The notes beneath the pieces were generated by a model. The model searched no databases. It was not told the origin of the DNA and saw only the letters and a program-made list of their open reading frames with translations. The translations under genes and the position numbers were made by a program. DNA of 64,000 nucleotides from Candidatus Methanosuratincola verstraetei (lineage in GTDB: Archaea > Thermoproteota > Methanomethylicia > Methanomethylicales > Methanomethylicaceae), in assembly GCA_049570475.1 (NCBI GenBank), contig CP186953.1:800001-864000 (forward strand), written 5' to 3'. Each line of letters begins with the position of its first letter. Within the stretch, counting starts at the first letter, position 1. Shown in pieces: positions 13,781 through 23,079 of the stretch.

Positions 13781-14122
13781 ATGTCTCAAGAGATCAAGGC
13801 ACAGAAAGGAGATTTGGTAAGGGTGCATTATGTCGGAAAATTCCAAGGAGGCAGGGTTTTTGATACCTCAATGGAAAAGGAGGCAATCAAAGCAGGGATT
13901 TACAACCCATCCAGAGATTACAAACCTTTGTCTGTAATAATCGGGAAGGGACAAGTTATACCTGGCTTCGAAGAGGCTTTAATTGGCATGAGGTTAAACG
14001 AGGAAAAGGAAGTAATCATCCCCCCTTCCAAGGGATACGGCGCCAAGGGTAACCATCCGCTGGCCGGAAAGACCTTGGTTTTCAGGATCAAAATGGTTGA
14101 AATTAAGAGGGAAAAAGTCTGA
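13781..14122 (+). CDS. Short FKBP-type peptidyl-prolyl cis-trans isomerase
   Basis: VRVHYVG, VFDTS, GQVIPGFEEAL, IPPSKGYG, NHPLAGKTLVF; lacks the insert-in-flap domain. Confidence 0.9.
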   Translation: MSQEIKAQKGDLVRVHYVGKFQGGRVFDTSMEKEAIKAGIYNPSRDYKPLSVIIGKGQVIPGFEEALIGMRLNEEKEVIIPPSKGYGAKGNHPLAGKTLVFRIKMVEIKREKV

Positions 14123-14125
14123 AAG

Positions 14126-14200
14126 TGGGCCCGGAGGGATTTGAACCCTCGACCACTCGATTATCAGTCGAGTGCTCATACCAAGCTGAGCTACGAGCCC
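14126..14200 (-). tRNA. tRNA-Ile(GAT)
   Basis: Cloverleaf, anticodon arm CUCGA-CU GAU AA-UCGAG, GGUUCAAAUCC. Confidence 0.95.
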
Positions 14201-14281
14201 CCGCTGAAAAAGTAAGGTCTTACAAATTTATCTTTTTCCATCCAACAAAGTTTAAATTTCGCCAAAGATTGTGTTCTCCGA

Positions 14282-14356
14282 GGGCTGGTAGATTAGCGGC
14301 AGATCACCTGCCTCGCACGCAGGGGGTCGTGGGTTCAAATCCCACCCAGTCCACCA
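14282..14356 (+). tRNA. tRNA-Ala(CGC)
   Basis: CCUGC-CU CGC AC-GCAGG, G3-U70 identity pair, encoded CCA. Confidence 0.95.
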
Positions 14357-14391
14357 GATCATTTAGTGCACGTGCTGCGCAAATTAAAAAA

Positions 14392-15099
14392 TTATTGAAG
14401 ATCCTTGCAAACCACCAGGTTCTTGGGGGCGAGTGCAAAATCCTTCGATTTCATGTACCAGAGACCATTTGCCTCACTGATTCCAGACCAACTCACGATA
14501 ATTTTCTTTATGAATTCGTCAGAATCTACAACAAAAGTATGGTATTCCCCATCCTCGCCACAAGCATCAAATCCACCTTTTTCACCCATTGCCAAAAGCT
14601 CTTCTATGCAATCTGAATCTAGGGACCTCCCAACCCACTCTGGTCCGAACCATTCCTTTGACACACAGGTGATTATCGCAGAAACATTATACTTCAGAAG
14701 GTCCTTGAGGTGTTGCTTCCTGTCAATCCCAAAAAGTGGTTTTATCAATTTCAATCCGATATCGCAACAGACTTCTTCCATCCAATTTTCATGGTTGTTG
14801 TCAGGTGTCCCTATATCGCCAGTTATAGCACACTCTATTTCAAGAGATTCCAGCAATTCCCTTAATGCATTCTTGTACCCATTGAAATAGGGCTCTTTGA
14901 CCCTCCGCACTAAGCCTGGCAATCTGAGGGCTCGGGACTGTAGCATAATCCCTCTCAGGTCATGGCATTTGAATGGGGCATCCCCTGCGAATGTTGCCAA
15001 GCAGATTATTTCATGGTCTTGCTGCTTCGCTTGCCTGTAGGCCATATACGAATCTTTTCCACCGGACCAAAGCAAAACCGCCTTCATAGAGGCACCCAT
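14392..15099 (-). CDS. Diphthine-ammonia ligase (Dph6/DUF71) family PP-loop ATPase
   Basis: WSGGKDS PP-loop, ITGDI, ACGEDGEYHTFV. Confidence 0.85.
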   Translation of the reverse strand: MGASMKAVLLWSGGKDSYMAYRQAKQQDHEIICLATFAGDAPFKCHDLRGIMLQSRALRLPGLVRRVKEPYFNGYKNALRELLESLEIECAITGDIGTPDNNHENWMEEVCCDIGLKLIKPLFGIDRKQHLKDLLKYNVSAIITCVSKEWFGPEWVGRSLDSDCIEELLAMGEKGGFDACGEDGEYHTFVVDSDEFIKKIIVSWSGISEANGLWYMKSKDFALAPKNLVVCKDLQ

Positions 15100-15162
15100 T
15101 TCAAAATCAATTTTGACTTGCCATTTTATGCTCTATCATGAAACTAAAAAAGATATAATCGA

Positions 15163-15243
15163 TGTGGTGCATGCCATTAGCATATTTCTACTGATGGGGA
15201 TAATATGGGAGTTATCAGCAGAATATTATTTTTGGCATGCACC
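15163..15243 (-). ncRNA. Long hairpin followed by ACA; candidate small RNA or leader
   Basis: Perfect 11-bp GGUGCAUGCCA/UGGCAUGCACC stem plus CUGCUGAU/AUCAGUAG upper stem; minus-strand TTAATATA 24 nt upstream. Confidence 0.4.
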
Positions 15244-15394
15244 TTCACGAAGGATTAATGCTTTAGTATATTAAGATTTCTATAGGTTGGTTATGGCTTT
15301 TTATAAAAAAAGTCAACTGTACCAAACATTATTCAATCTTTAATCCATATTTGGCAGCAAACTAAACAAAGATATATTTTATTTTTTGAAAATA

Positions 15395-15935
15395 ATCATG
15401 GAAGATGATGGTGTATTACATTTCTCTGACAGCATCAAGAACAGACGACGCACCACCTCACCGTCCATAACCTGATTGTTTGCTTAAAACCATCTGTCAA
15501 AATGCCTAATACGTGCTGATTTGTTAGGCAATAAAAGTCCTAAACGCCTCCATATGGTAATATTTTGTGCGAATGATCTCGATCTGCACCTCATTTCGTA
15601 GGCATTCATTTGCTGATCCTGGCCGAGTTGAACTTTTTTGGCAAGTAATGCGCAGATACACTCACATCGTTAAATTGAACGAACCCAACCCTTCTTAATG
15701 CCCAGATATTTTCTAATCCGGAAGCTAGGCCTCTGATCTTATTGTACGAAGGGCTTTTAGTAACTAAACTAACCATGCAGGCTCACGCTGTAAGTCGTCC
15801 TGCCATTCCATTTTGGAAATTGTCGGATTCCTACTGTTGTCTTCGAGGGCACTGTTAAACGCCTCGCCCAACATGTCGTTAGCAATGCCAGTCGGACCCA
15901 CCCCCGCGGTAATCCGCTCTTGGGGATGCTGGTGA
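15395..15935 (-). ncRNA. Candidate large structured non-coding RNA, class unknown
   Basis: No ORF of 60 aa or more; at least seven helices, several of which pair only on the minus strand through G-U wobbles. Confidence 0.45.
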
Positions 15936-16025
15936 AATCGAAACTGAGTTAAACATTAAAAGCTATTGTTATTTGATTACAGACAACAAGAGGGGTATTC
16001 CTTGAGCGGCGGAGAAATTGACGAA

Positions 16026-16826
16026 ATGGTCATCAGGGCCAAATTGGGAAAATCAAAATTGATAGTAGTGAAGGTAGGCGCATCATCGCTCTCAGACGAA
16101 AACGGCAAGATTGATTTTGAAAAGATCAATTCCATATGCGTTGAAATCTCAAATTTGAGAAGAAGGGGAATCGATGTAGTCCTGGTTTCTTCTGGTGCGA
16201 TCAAAGCAGGGAAAGCCATAATTTCAGACTCCTTGAAGAACAATGAGATCTCTTCCCTACAGGCTTTTGCTGCCGTCGGACAGGTGCTTTTGATGGAATC
16301 ATATAGGGATCTCATGGCTGCAAAAGGTTACAAGGTTGCCCAGATATTGTTGACTTGGGACGATTTCAGAAGTAAAACGCGGCTAAAGAACCTAGTCAAC
16401 ACAATCCAGACTCTCCTCTCCCTTGGTGTCTTGCCTATAATAAACGAAAATGACACGATCGCAGTAGAGGAGATCAAATTCGGTGACAATGACACTTTGT
16501 CAGCACTCGTAGCGACCCATTTGAATTCCGACCTTTTAGTGATCCTCTCCGATATCGCCGGTCTCTACTCCGGAGACCCGAGCCTGCCTTCATCAAAACT
16601 AATTTCATTTGTGCCTGAAGTTACCCAGGAAGTAGAGGATCTAGCCTCATCAAAACACAAGGGATTTGGTGGGATGAAAACAAAACTAAAAGCAGCGAAA
16701 ATGGTAAACTCCTTCGGAATCCCGATGGTGATTGCTAATGGGGGGGAGTTCGGGATACTGGAGCGTATTATCAATGGCGAGCGTGTAGGCACTTTGATTG
16801 GGTCGAGGGTCAAAAATGAAAAATGA
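16026..16826 (+). CDS. proB: Glutamate 5-kinase, no PUA domain
   Basis: VVKVGASSL, VSSGAI, AAVGQ, PIINENDT, FGDND, GGMKTK. Confidence 0.95.
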   Translation: MVIRAKLGKSKLIVVKVGASSLSDENGKIDFEKINSICVEISNLRRRGIDVVLVSSGAIKAGKAIISDSLKNNEISSLQAFAAVGQVLLMESYRDLMAAKGYKVAQILLTWDDFRSKTRLKNLVNTIQTLLSLGVLPIINENDTIAVEEIKFGDNDTLSALVATHLNSDLLVILSDIAGLYSGDPSLPSSKLISFVPEVTQEVEDLASSKHKGFGGMKTKLKAAKMVNSFGIPMVIANGGEFGILERIINGERVGTLIGSRVKNEK

Positions 16827-18156
16827 TCTCTTCGAAATGGTAAAGCAGGCCAAGGCTGCATCTTTGATCTTGGGGCAGACCGCCCCCGAGATCAAAAACA
16901 AGGCCCTTGTACTGGCTTCTGAATCAATATTGAAAAGGAAGAACGAAATACTATCATCGAATAAAAAGGACATAGAAAACGCCAAAGTGCTTCTCGAAAA
17001 AGGGGAGATATCTAAATCAATAATTGACAGACTAAAATTAGACGAGCCAAAGATCGAAGAGATCTCTAAGATGATCTCAAGCGTGGCAAAACTCAGGGAT
17101 CCTGTTGGTCATGTTTTGTATTCTATTAAACTGGATGAACGCCTCGAGCTCTTCAAGGTCACCGTTCCTTTTGGGGTGGTGGTCTCAATATTTGAAAGCC
17201 GCCCTGATGCATTGCCACAAATCTCGTCCTTGTGCTTAAAATCAGGAAATTCCGTTATTCTCAAAGGCGGGGTTGAGGCTCTTGAATCTAACAGAAAGAT
17301 TTTTGAGATCATTTCCGAATCATTTGTGGCCTCAGGTCTACCCGAAGGTTGTTTGCAGCTAGTCGAGGGCCGCGCGGCAATAAAGACTCTGCTTAAAATG
17401 GACGACATGATCGATCTGATTGTCCCTCGTGGAAGCAATGAGTTCGTAAGGTACATACAAGAAAACACGCGCATCCCTGTTCTTGGGCACTCATCTGGCA
17501 TTTGTCATATCTTTGTAGATTCTGATGCTGACGTGCAGAAAGCTGTAAAGATTTGCGTCGACGCTCGCGTCCAATACCCTGCAGCCTGCAATTCAATGAA
17601 AATCCTTCTAGTGGACTCACACATTGCGCATATTTTCATCCCTTTAGTCGCTAAGGAGCTGATCGAAAAGGGGGTGCGAATAAAGGGCTGCCCCACAGCC
17701 TTCTCTATACTGTCAGCCCATGGGCTAAAAGCAGAGGCTGCTGACGAGAATGACTGGAGGACGGAATACCTCGACTTGACTCTTCCAATAAAGGTAGTTA
17801 GAGATCTTGACGAGGCAATTGCCCACATAAACAACTATGGATCAAAACATACCGATGCAATAATTACAGAGAATATGGTAAAAGCCAAAAAATTCATCAG
17901 ATCGGTCGACTCGTCATCAGTATTTCATAATGCCTCCACAAGGTTCAGCGACGGTTATAGGTATGGTTTGGGAGCAGAAGTGGGAATCAGCACAAACAAA
18001 ATCCACGCGAGGGGTCCTGTTGGTCTGGAAGGATTGGTCACCACAAAATACATACTTATTGGCGACGGTCATGTTGTTTCTGACTATGTAGGGAAAGGGG
18101 CAAAGCCATTCCTGCATAAGGGAATTGACCGTGATTGGGAGGCTCGGTTGAAATGA
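16816..18156 (+). CDS. proA: Gamma-glutamyl phosphate reductase
   Basis: IFESRP, KSGNSVILKGG, VPRGS, YPAACN, HTDAI, NASTRFSDG, GAEVGIST.KIHARGPVG. Confidence 0.97.
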   Translation: MKNDLFEMVKQAKAASLILGQTAPEIKNKALVLASESILKRKNEILSSNKKDIENAKVLLEKGEISKSIIDRLKLDEPKIEEISKMISSVAKLRDPVGHVLYSIKLDERLELFKVTVPFGVVVSIFESRPDALPQISSLCLKSGNSVILKGGVEALESNRKIFEIISESFVASGLPEGCLQLVEGRAAIKTLLKMDDMIDLIVPRGSNEFVRYIQENTRIPVLGHSSGICHIFVDSDADVQKAVKICVDARVQYPAACNSMKILLVDSHIAHIFIPLVAKELIEKGVRIKGCPTAFSILSAHGLKAEAADENDWRTEYLDLTLPIKVVRDLDEAIAHINNYGSKHTDAIITENMVKAKKFIRSVDSSSVFHNASTRFSDGYRYGLGAEVGISTNKIHARGPVGLEGLVTTKYILIGDGHVVSDYVGKGAKPFLHKGIDRDWEARLK

Positions 18157-18965
18157 TTAGCAAAATCGGATTGATAGGATATGGGAAAATGGGCTCTTCC
18201 CTTGCATTAGGCGGGATCAAATCGGGCGCGATCAGAAAGGAGTCGATGATCGTGTACGATCAAGACCGAGAAAGGACAAATGTCGCCGAAAAATTTGGTT
18301 TGAAAGTGGCCAGCTCATTAGCCGAGATATTCGAGTCTGAAGCCTTGATTTTGGCTGTAAAGCCCAAAGATCTGCCGGCCCTCTTGCAGGATAATCGTAG
18401 CAAAATTGTTGAGAAGTCGCCTCTACTCATATCCATTGTTGCCGGGATCAGGGTGAAACACATGCTCTCATTTCTTGGCAATGCTCCCCTGAGGGTCATC
18501 CGCGTCATGCCAAACATAGCCGCAGCTGTCAATGAAGCGATGTCAGCTTTTTACGCAAACGAGTTTGTAAACAAAGATGATGTTGCTTTTGTGGAATCTC
18601 TTCTATCTAGCGTTGGAAAATCAATTCGCATAGAGAGTGAGGATGAACTGGACACTATAACCGGAATCAGCGGGAGCGGTCCGGCGTATTTCGCCTTGAT
18701 GATGAACATCTTGGAAAAGGTCGCAGTTGATAAGGGCCTGAGCGAAGACATGGCAAGGGTGCTTGCTGCACAAACTTGCCGCGGAGCCGCCACAATGGTT
18801 CTGAGCGGAGGATGCTCTCCCCTAGATCTGATAAAAATGGTCGCCTCCCCTGGCGGCACGACCGAAGAAGCCCTGCGGGTAATGGACGCCAAAGGATTTT
18901 CAGAGATCGTTGGCGAGGCCGTTTCAGCAGCAATCGAGAAATCCCGAAGAATGAATAGACCTTGA
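18153..18965 (+). CDS. proC: Pyrroline-5-carboxylate reductase
   Basis: IGYGKMG, AVKP, RVMPN, SGSGPAY, VASPGGTT. Confidence 0.96.
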   Translation: MISKIGLIGYGKMGSSLALGGIKSGAIRKESMIVYDQDRERTNVAEKFGLKVASSLAEIFESEALILAVKPKDLPALLQDNRSKIVEKSPLLISIVAGIRVKHMLSFLGNAPLRVIRVMPNIAAAVNEAMSAFYANEFVNKDDVAFVESLLSSVGKSIRIESEDELDTITGISGSGPAYFALMMNILEKVAVDKGLSEDMARVLAAQTCRGAATMVLSGGCSPLDLIKMVASPGGTTEEALRVMDAKGFSEIVGEAVSAAIEKSRRMNRP

Positions 18966-18966
18966 A

Positions 18967-20223
18967 CTACTGCTCCTGTCCTGAAAACCTGAGAATAGCA
19001 ACTACGCCACCAAAGGAATTCATCAGCATTTTCCCCTCATCCGTCTCCGTGGAAACGACTTCAACCTTTGCATTTGTTTTGTCTGCAAGTTCTGCGAGCT
19101 CTTCGATTATGCTTTTTTCTTCTTCGACTTCCATTGTTCCGCCGCACTTTTCACAAATCTCTTTCCTTGACATTGTTGCGATCTGCTGTTTTGTGTAGGT
19201 GACCTCTTTGGTATTGCCGCATGCGATGCACCTTAGTTTAAAGCGCGTAGTCCCAAGGTCGGCTGAAAGAATGAGGGTCTTTACAGCCCCTTTTTCCAGC
19301 TTTTCGCGAACTTCCTTTTCACCATATGTGACTTGCCCGCTGTTCTTGGCAAGTAGGTAAAGGAAATCCTGCACGAGTTTTTTCTCCTTCAGAAATTCTA
19401 CGTTCTTCAGTACATCCTTGGCCTTCTCGACAAGCTCATAAACGCCTGGCTCTTCGGTGTAGCTCAGATCCTCTACCGCAAGCACCTTGTCCTGAAGTTG
19501 ATAGTGCAAAAAGTTCCCTTCGTAGAACTCATTCTTGGTAGGTCCAGGTCCGCCAATTATAATCCCCTTGAGGTTGGGTATTGGTAAGAAGATCTTTTCA
19601 GCGTGTTCTGCGACTCTTTTGTAAAATTCATGCGCTGCAATTTCGACTATTCGCTGAAACCTCCTCGCGGATTGCCCTCCTGCGTCATGCTTGCTCGGGC
19701 TTCCTGAGGTGATCGTTTCTACAATTTCTATTCTTCTACCTTTCAACAGCGCAAAGGTGGCATCGCTCCTGTCCATCACGAGTAATCCGTAGATTTCTTT
19801 CTCAACCAGCATCTCCTTGATTGGGTCAAGGTAAAATTTAGAATCGCACCTGTAAAGGAAAAGGCTTATTGGCTCGGGTGGTTCAATTACGTATGTTTCG
19901 ATCTTTTCGGTCCCAGGTCCACCCCTAGGAATGGCCCCGCTAAATATTACGAGGCCATTTTTCGGAGGGGTTCTGAACAGTTTTAATTTTTGGATTATGC
20001 TCTCTATCGCATCCTGAACATTTTTTCGAGTAGACTTAGATTTTATGTTAGCTGAGGTTCCTAGCTCCTCTCTGAGGTTCGACATCGCATCCGATATCTG
20101 CCTATTGGGTGGAATGTACTGCGATATCAGCTCCGTCGCCTTTCCCTCTTTGGACTCCAGCTCCTCTATCAACTTCTTAAGCCTGTAAGTCTCAAGAGAG
20201 CTCCTTTCAGTGCTAGACAACAC
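18967..20223 (-). CDS. prf1: Peptide chain release factor aRF1
   Basis: NIKS, YRCDSKF and GGQS motifs; C-terminal domain with a CxxC..CxxC insert. Confidence 0.97.
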   Translation of the reverse strand: MLSSTERSSLETYRLKKLIEELESKEGKATELISQYIPPNRQISDAMSNLREELGTSANIKSKSTRKNVQDAIESIIQKLKLFRTPPKNGLVIFSGAIPRGGPGTEKIETYVIEPPEPISLFLYRCDSKFYLDPIKEMLVEKEIYGLLVMDRSDATFALLKGRRIEIVETITSGSPSKHDAGGQSARRFQRIVEIAAHEFYKRVAEHAEKIFLPIPNLKGIIIGGPGPTKNEFYEGNFLHYQLQDKVLAVEDLSYTEEPGVYELVEKAKDVLKNVEFLKEKKLVQDFLYLLAKNSGQVTYGEKEVREKLEKGAVKTLILSADLGTTRFKLRCIACGNTKEVTYTKQQIATMSRKEICEKCGGTMEVEEEKSIIEELAELADKTNAKVEVVSTETDEGKMLMNSFGGVVAILRFSGQEQ

Positions 20224-20286
20224 TCGAACCTCGGAATCCGTGAATCCTTCAAACCTTTATATAACTTATACTATTAAGTCTCATCG

Positions 20287-20982
20287 GTGCTCGCTTTGAA
20301 GATAACCATCAAGCTCAGCGGCCACGTTCTGTTTCCTACCTTCGATAAGCAAGCAAGATTTTTGGAATACGCAGATATAGTCAAGGAGCTCGTTTCGAAG
20401 GGTCAAGAAGTGAATGTCGTAGTGGGTGGCGGAGCTCCTGCCAGGTATTACATTCAAATGGCGAGACAACAAGGTGCTGACGAGTCCACGTGTGATTTTA
20501 TTGGAATACAGATCGCCAATCTAAACGCAAAATTATTTTCTATAGCGTTGGGGGATATTGCGTGCCCTTTCGTTCCTACCAGCTATGAGGAGATGCAGAA
20601 GGCAAAGGAGACGGGTAAGGTAATTGTAATGGGCGGGCTCCAGCCAGGACAGTCCACTAATGCCGTAGCGTGCGTCTTGGCGGAATTCACGAATTCAAAT
20701 TTGCTAATCAATACAACAACCGTTGATGGGGTCTACACCTCTGATCCAAGAAAAGATCCTAGCGCTAGGCGCCTGAGCAAAGTTTCTATTTCGGAACTGG
20801 GCAAAATTCTAGAGTCGATCGGCACAAGAGCCGGTGAATATGAGCTTCTTGATCCTGTGGCTCTCAGGATTATTCAAAGATCCAGGATTACCACAAAGAT
20901 AATAGATGGGACAAACCCCATGAATATCCTAGCCGCTAGTGCTGACTTGAAAGAGGGAATAGGCACGTTGATCGTCCCTTAA
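20287..20982 (+). CDS. pyrH: UMP kinase (archaeal)
   Basis: IKLSG, VVGGG..AR.YI, GGLQPGQST, VDGVYTSDP. Confidence 0.93.
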   Translation: MLALKITIKLSGHVLFPTFDKQARFLEYADIVKELVSKGQEVNVVVGGGAPARYYIQMARQQGADESTCDFIGIQIANLNAKLFSIALGDIACPFVPTSYEEMQKAKETGKVIVMGGLQPGQSTNAVACVLAEFTNSNLLINTTTVDGVYTSDPRKDPSARRLSKVSISELGKILESIGTRAGEYELLDPVALRIIQRSRITTKIIDGTNPMNILAASADLKEGIGTLIVP

Positions 20983-20990
20983 AGGTGATT

Positions 20991-21221
20991 ATGGTGTCAA
21001 AGAAAAGCTATGAAGAAAAATGGGGTCCACATAGCCATTGCGTAATTTGCGGTAATGCGATTCCCGAGGGCGAAAAATACTGCAGCGATATCTGCAAAAA
21101 GAAGTATGAAGAGGAGCTTAAGAAGGCAAGCCGCCAACAAAAAATCAGCTACATATTCATCGTCGCAATGGGCGCCCTTCTGGTCGCAATGTTCCTTCTG
21201 CCATATCTGTTCGGGCAATGA
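20991..21221 (+). CDS. DUF2116 family Zn-ribbon membrane protein
   Basis: PHSHCVICG..IP...YCS..C plus C-terminal TM. Confidence 0.8.
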   Translation: MVSKKSYEEKWGPHSHCVICGNAIPEGEKYCSDICKKKYEEELKKASRQQKISYIFIVAMGALLVAMFLLPYLFGQ

Positions 21222-21296
21222 TCCTGCTGTGAATTCCCAGGAAAGACCAGATTAGCCTTATGCTTAAATATTCCTGGGATTTCTTATCTTCCCTGG

Positions 21297-21400
21297 GCGG
21301 GGATCCCCTAGCCAGGTCAAAGGGGAAGGACTCAAGATCTCTAAGATGGGTTATCCTTTGGCGAAGGCCTTCGTGGGTTCAAATCCCACTCCCCGCACCA
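21297..21400 (+). tRNA. tRNA-Leu(CAA) with a 16-nt intron at 37/38 (21337-21352)
   Basis: Long variable arm; BHB with CUCA/UGGG helix and AGA, UUA bulges; encoded CCA. Confidence 0.93.
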
Positions 21401-21411
21401 ATTTAAAAAAG

Positions 21412-21714
21412 CTATTTTTTGATCATAAATAAAAGCATTTTAAACCTCTTCGATGCATTTACTGCATGTGGCTTGTTCGCAGGGAGGATTATGGAATCTC
21501 CTTCGTCCAAGAGGTGTTTCTCTCCCTGGATTGTTATTTCAGCGTGCCCTTCAATGATTTGTATAAATGCATCGTAAGGGGCGGTGTGCTCGCTCAGCTT
21601 TTGCCCTTGGTCGAAAGCAAAAATTGTAAGGCTGCCGCAATCTTCGTCCAATAGCACGCTGCTCACAATACTATTGGTCTGATAGTTTACTAGCTCTTTG
21701 GTTTTGAATTTCAT
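21412..21714 (-). CDS. Cupin domain protein
   Basis: FAFDQGQKLSEHTAPYDA...LPANKPHAV..FKMLL. Confidence 0.9.
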   Translation of the reverse strand: MKFKTKELVNYQTNSIVSSVLLDEDCGSLTIFAFDQGQKLSEHTAPYDAFIQIIEGHAEITIQGEKHLLDEGDSIILPANKPHAVNASKRFKMLLFMIKK

Positions 21715-21761
21715 GAATATCCGCCTCTGCGCCAAGAAATAAAAAAGTGAAACTCAGGAAA

Positions 21762-22052
21762 TCACTTGGTTTTGAGGTCTTTTATGAATGTATCAACGGG
21801 GACTGCGGGCATAGATAGTATTTTTACGGTGCCTCTTGAACCGAACTCAGCAGATATTTTGTAAACAACTTCGTTGGACGGCGCTTCGATTATATTCACA
21901 AAGTCATATGGCCCCAGCGTCGCGAACTGGTGTATCATCTTAGCACCCAGCGCCTCGATTTCCTTGTTGACCTCCTTGATCCTTTCGGGTTTTTCCTTTA
22001 TTGTCTTCCTTCCTTCTGCTGTTAGGTTGGATAGAAGTACATAATAAGGCAA
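21762..22052 (-). CDS. GYD domain protein
   Basis: L...T.EG..TIK..PER, TLGPYDFV; TTG start after GGAGG. Confidence 0.85.
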   Translation of the reverse strand: MPYYVLLSNLTAEGRKTIKEKPERIKEVNKEIEALGAKMIHQFATLGPYDFVNIIEAPSNEVVYKISAEFGSRGTVKILSMPAVPVDTFIKDLKTK

Positions 22053-22102
22053 AACTGCCTCCTCCATTTCTATCTACTTCTAACGTTCTAATTAATTTTG
22101 GC

Positions 22103-22921
22103 TTACATTGAGTATGCTTCGACCAGATCTCTTGCGGTTATTATGCCCGATAGTTCTCCATCCTCTAAAACGGGTAGCCTCCTCACGTGCCTTGAGGCCA
22201 TTAGCATGGCTGCCCTATGTATGCTCCAATCTGATTCGATAGTAATCAATGGCGAAGAAGCGAACTTCTGCACCTCTTCTTCAAGAGAGACCTCCTTGTA
22301 AATCACCTTAGAAAGCAGATCCCTTTCGGTGAATATCCCCCACGGCTTGCCTTCCTTAGTTACTATTAACGATCCAATTCTTTCTTTCCCCATGATCTTT
22401 GCAGCGTCTAAAATTTTTTCATCAGGATCTACGGTCCTAACTTTTCTGGTCATGAAGTATTTTACCAAAACAGTAGTTTCGGGAGCCTCAGGCAGTGACT
22501 TTATGAGGTCTGATGCGGTCACAATTCCGACCGCCTTCCGATCTTCCGTCACTACCAACTTGCCTTTCTGCTTTATCATCGTTCTTGCAGCTTCCCTGAT
22601 TGTAGCCTGCGGTCTTATGGTCACAAGTCTCGGTGAATATACATCAAAGACTCTTACCTCGCTTGGTTTTTTATCCGCGGCAATAACTCTTGTCAGAAGA
22701 TCTCTTTCTGTGACTATCCCAAGCGGTCGTTCTTGCCCTCTAACAAGAAGGCTTCCTATGTGGTGCTCTCCCATTAATCTTGCGGCTTCAAGCATAGTCT
22801 TTTCCTGTTCAATGTATTTCAATTCCTTGCTCATTATCTCTGAGACATGTTTGTGCCTCTTGTACTCGCTGTATGCCACATCAATTACACTCGGGAATTC
22901 CTCTTTCAATGTCGTTTTCAT
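22103..22921 (-). CDS. CBS domain protein (two CBS pairs)
   Basis: Repeated GIVTERDLL / GIVTASDL / GIFTERDLL / GIITARDL. Confidence 0.9.
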   Translation of the reverse strand: MKTTLKEEFPSVIDVAYSEYKRHKHVSEIMSKELKYIEQEKTMLEAARLMGEHHIGSLLVRGQERPLGIVTERDLLTRVIAADKKPSEVRVFDVYSPRLVTIRPQATIREAARTMIKQKGKLVVTEDRKAVGIVTASDLIKSLPEAPETTVLVKYFMTRKVRTVDPDEKILDAAKIMGKERIGSLIVTKEGKPWGIFTERDLLSKVIYKEVSLEEEVQKFASSPLITIESDWSIHRAAMLMASRHVRRLPVLEDGELSGIITARDLVEAYSM

Positions 22922-23079
22922 AATCCCCTCCTGATTATACCTTAGAAACCGAAAATATAAAAAATTCCGAATAACCATTTATGGAAGTGCATTAGTATAG
23001 AAAAATTCTCGTCCTTTTTGTTTTCTTGTTCAATTTTTCTGCATTTTTTTTACTATCGACATCCTGTTAATGAAATGGG

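Noticed and set aside
15398-15475. Plus-strand C/D-like pattern (GATGATG..CTGA..CTGA) and a 25-aa ORF
   Set aside because: Box spacing is wrong and the 10-nt 16S match is not adjacent to box D; the ORF has no support and the minus-strand fold explains the region better
21233-21280. Inverted repeat around the tRNA-Leu TATA box
   Set aside because: A single short repeat with no further support; may be a terminator-type hairpin or chance
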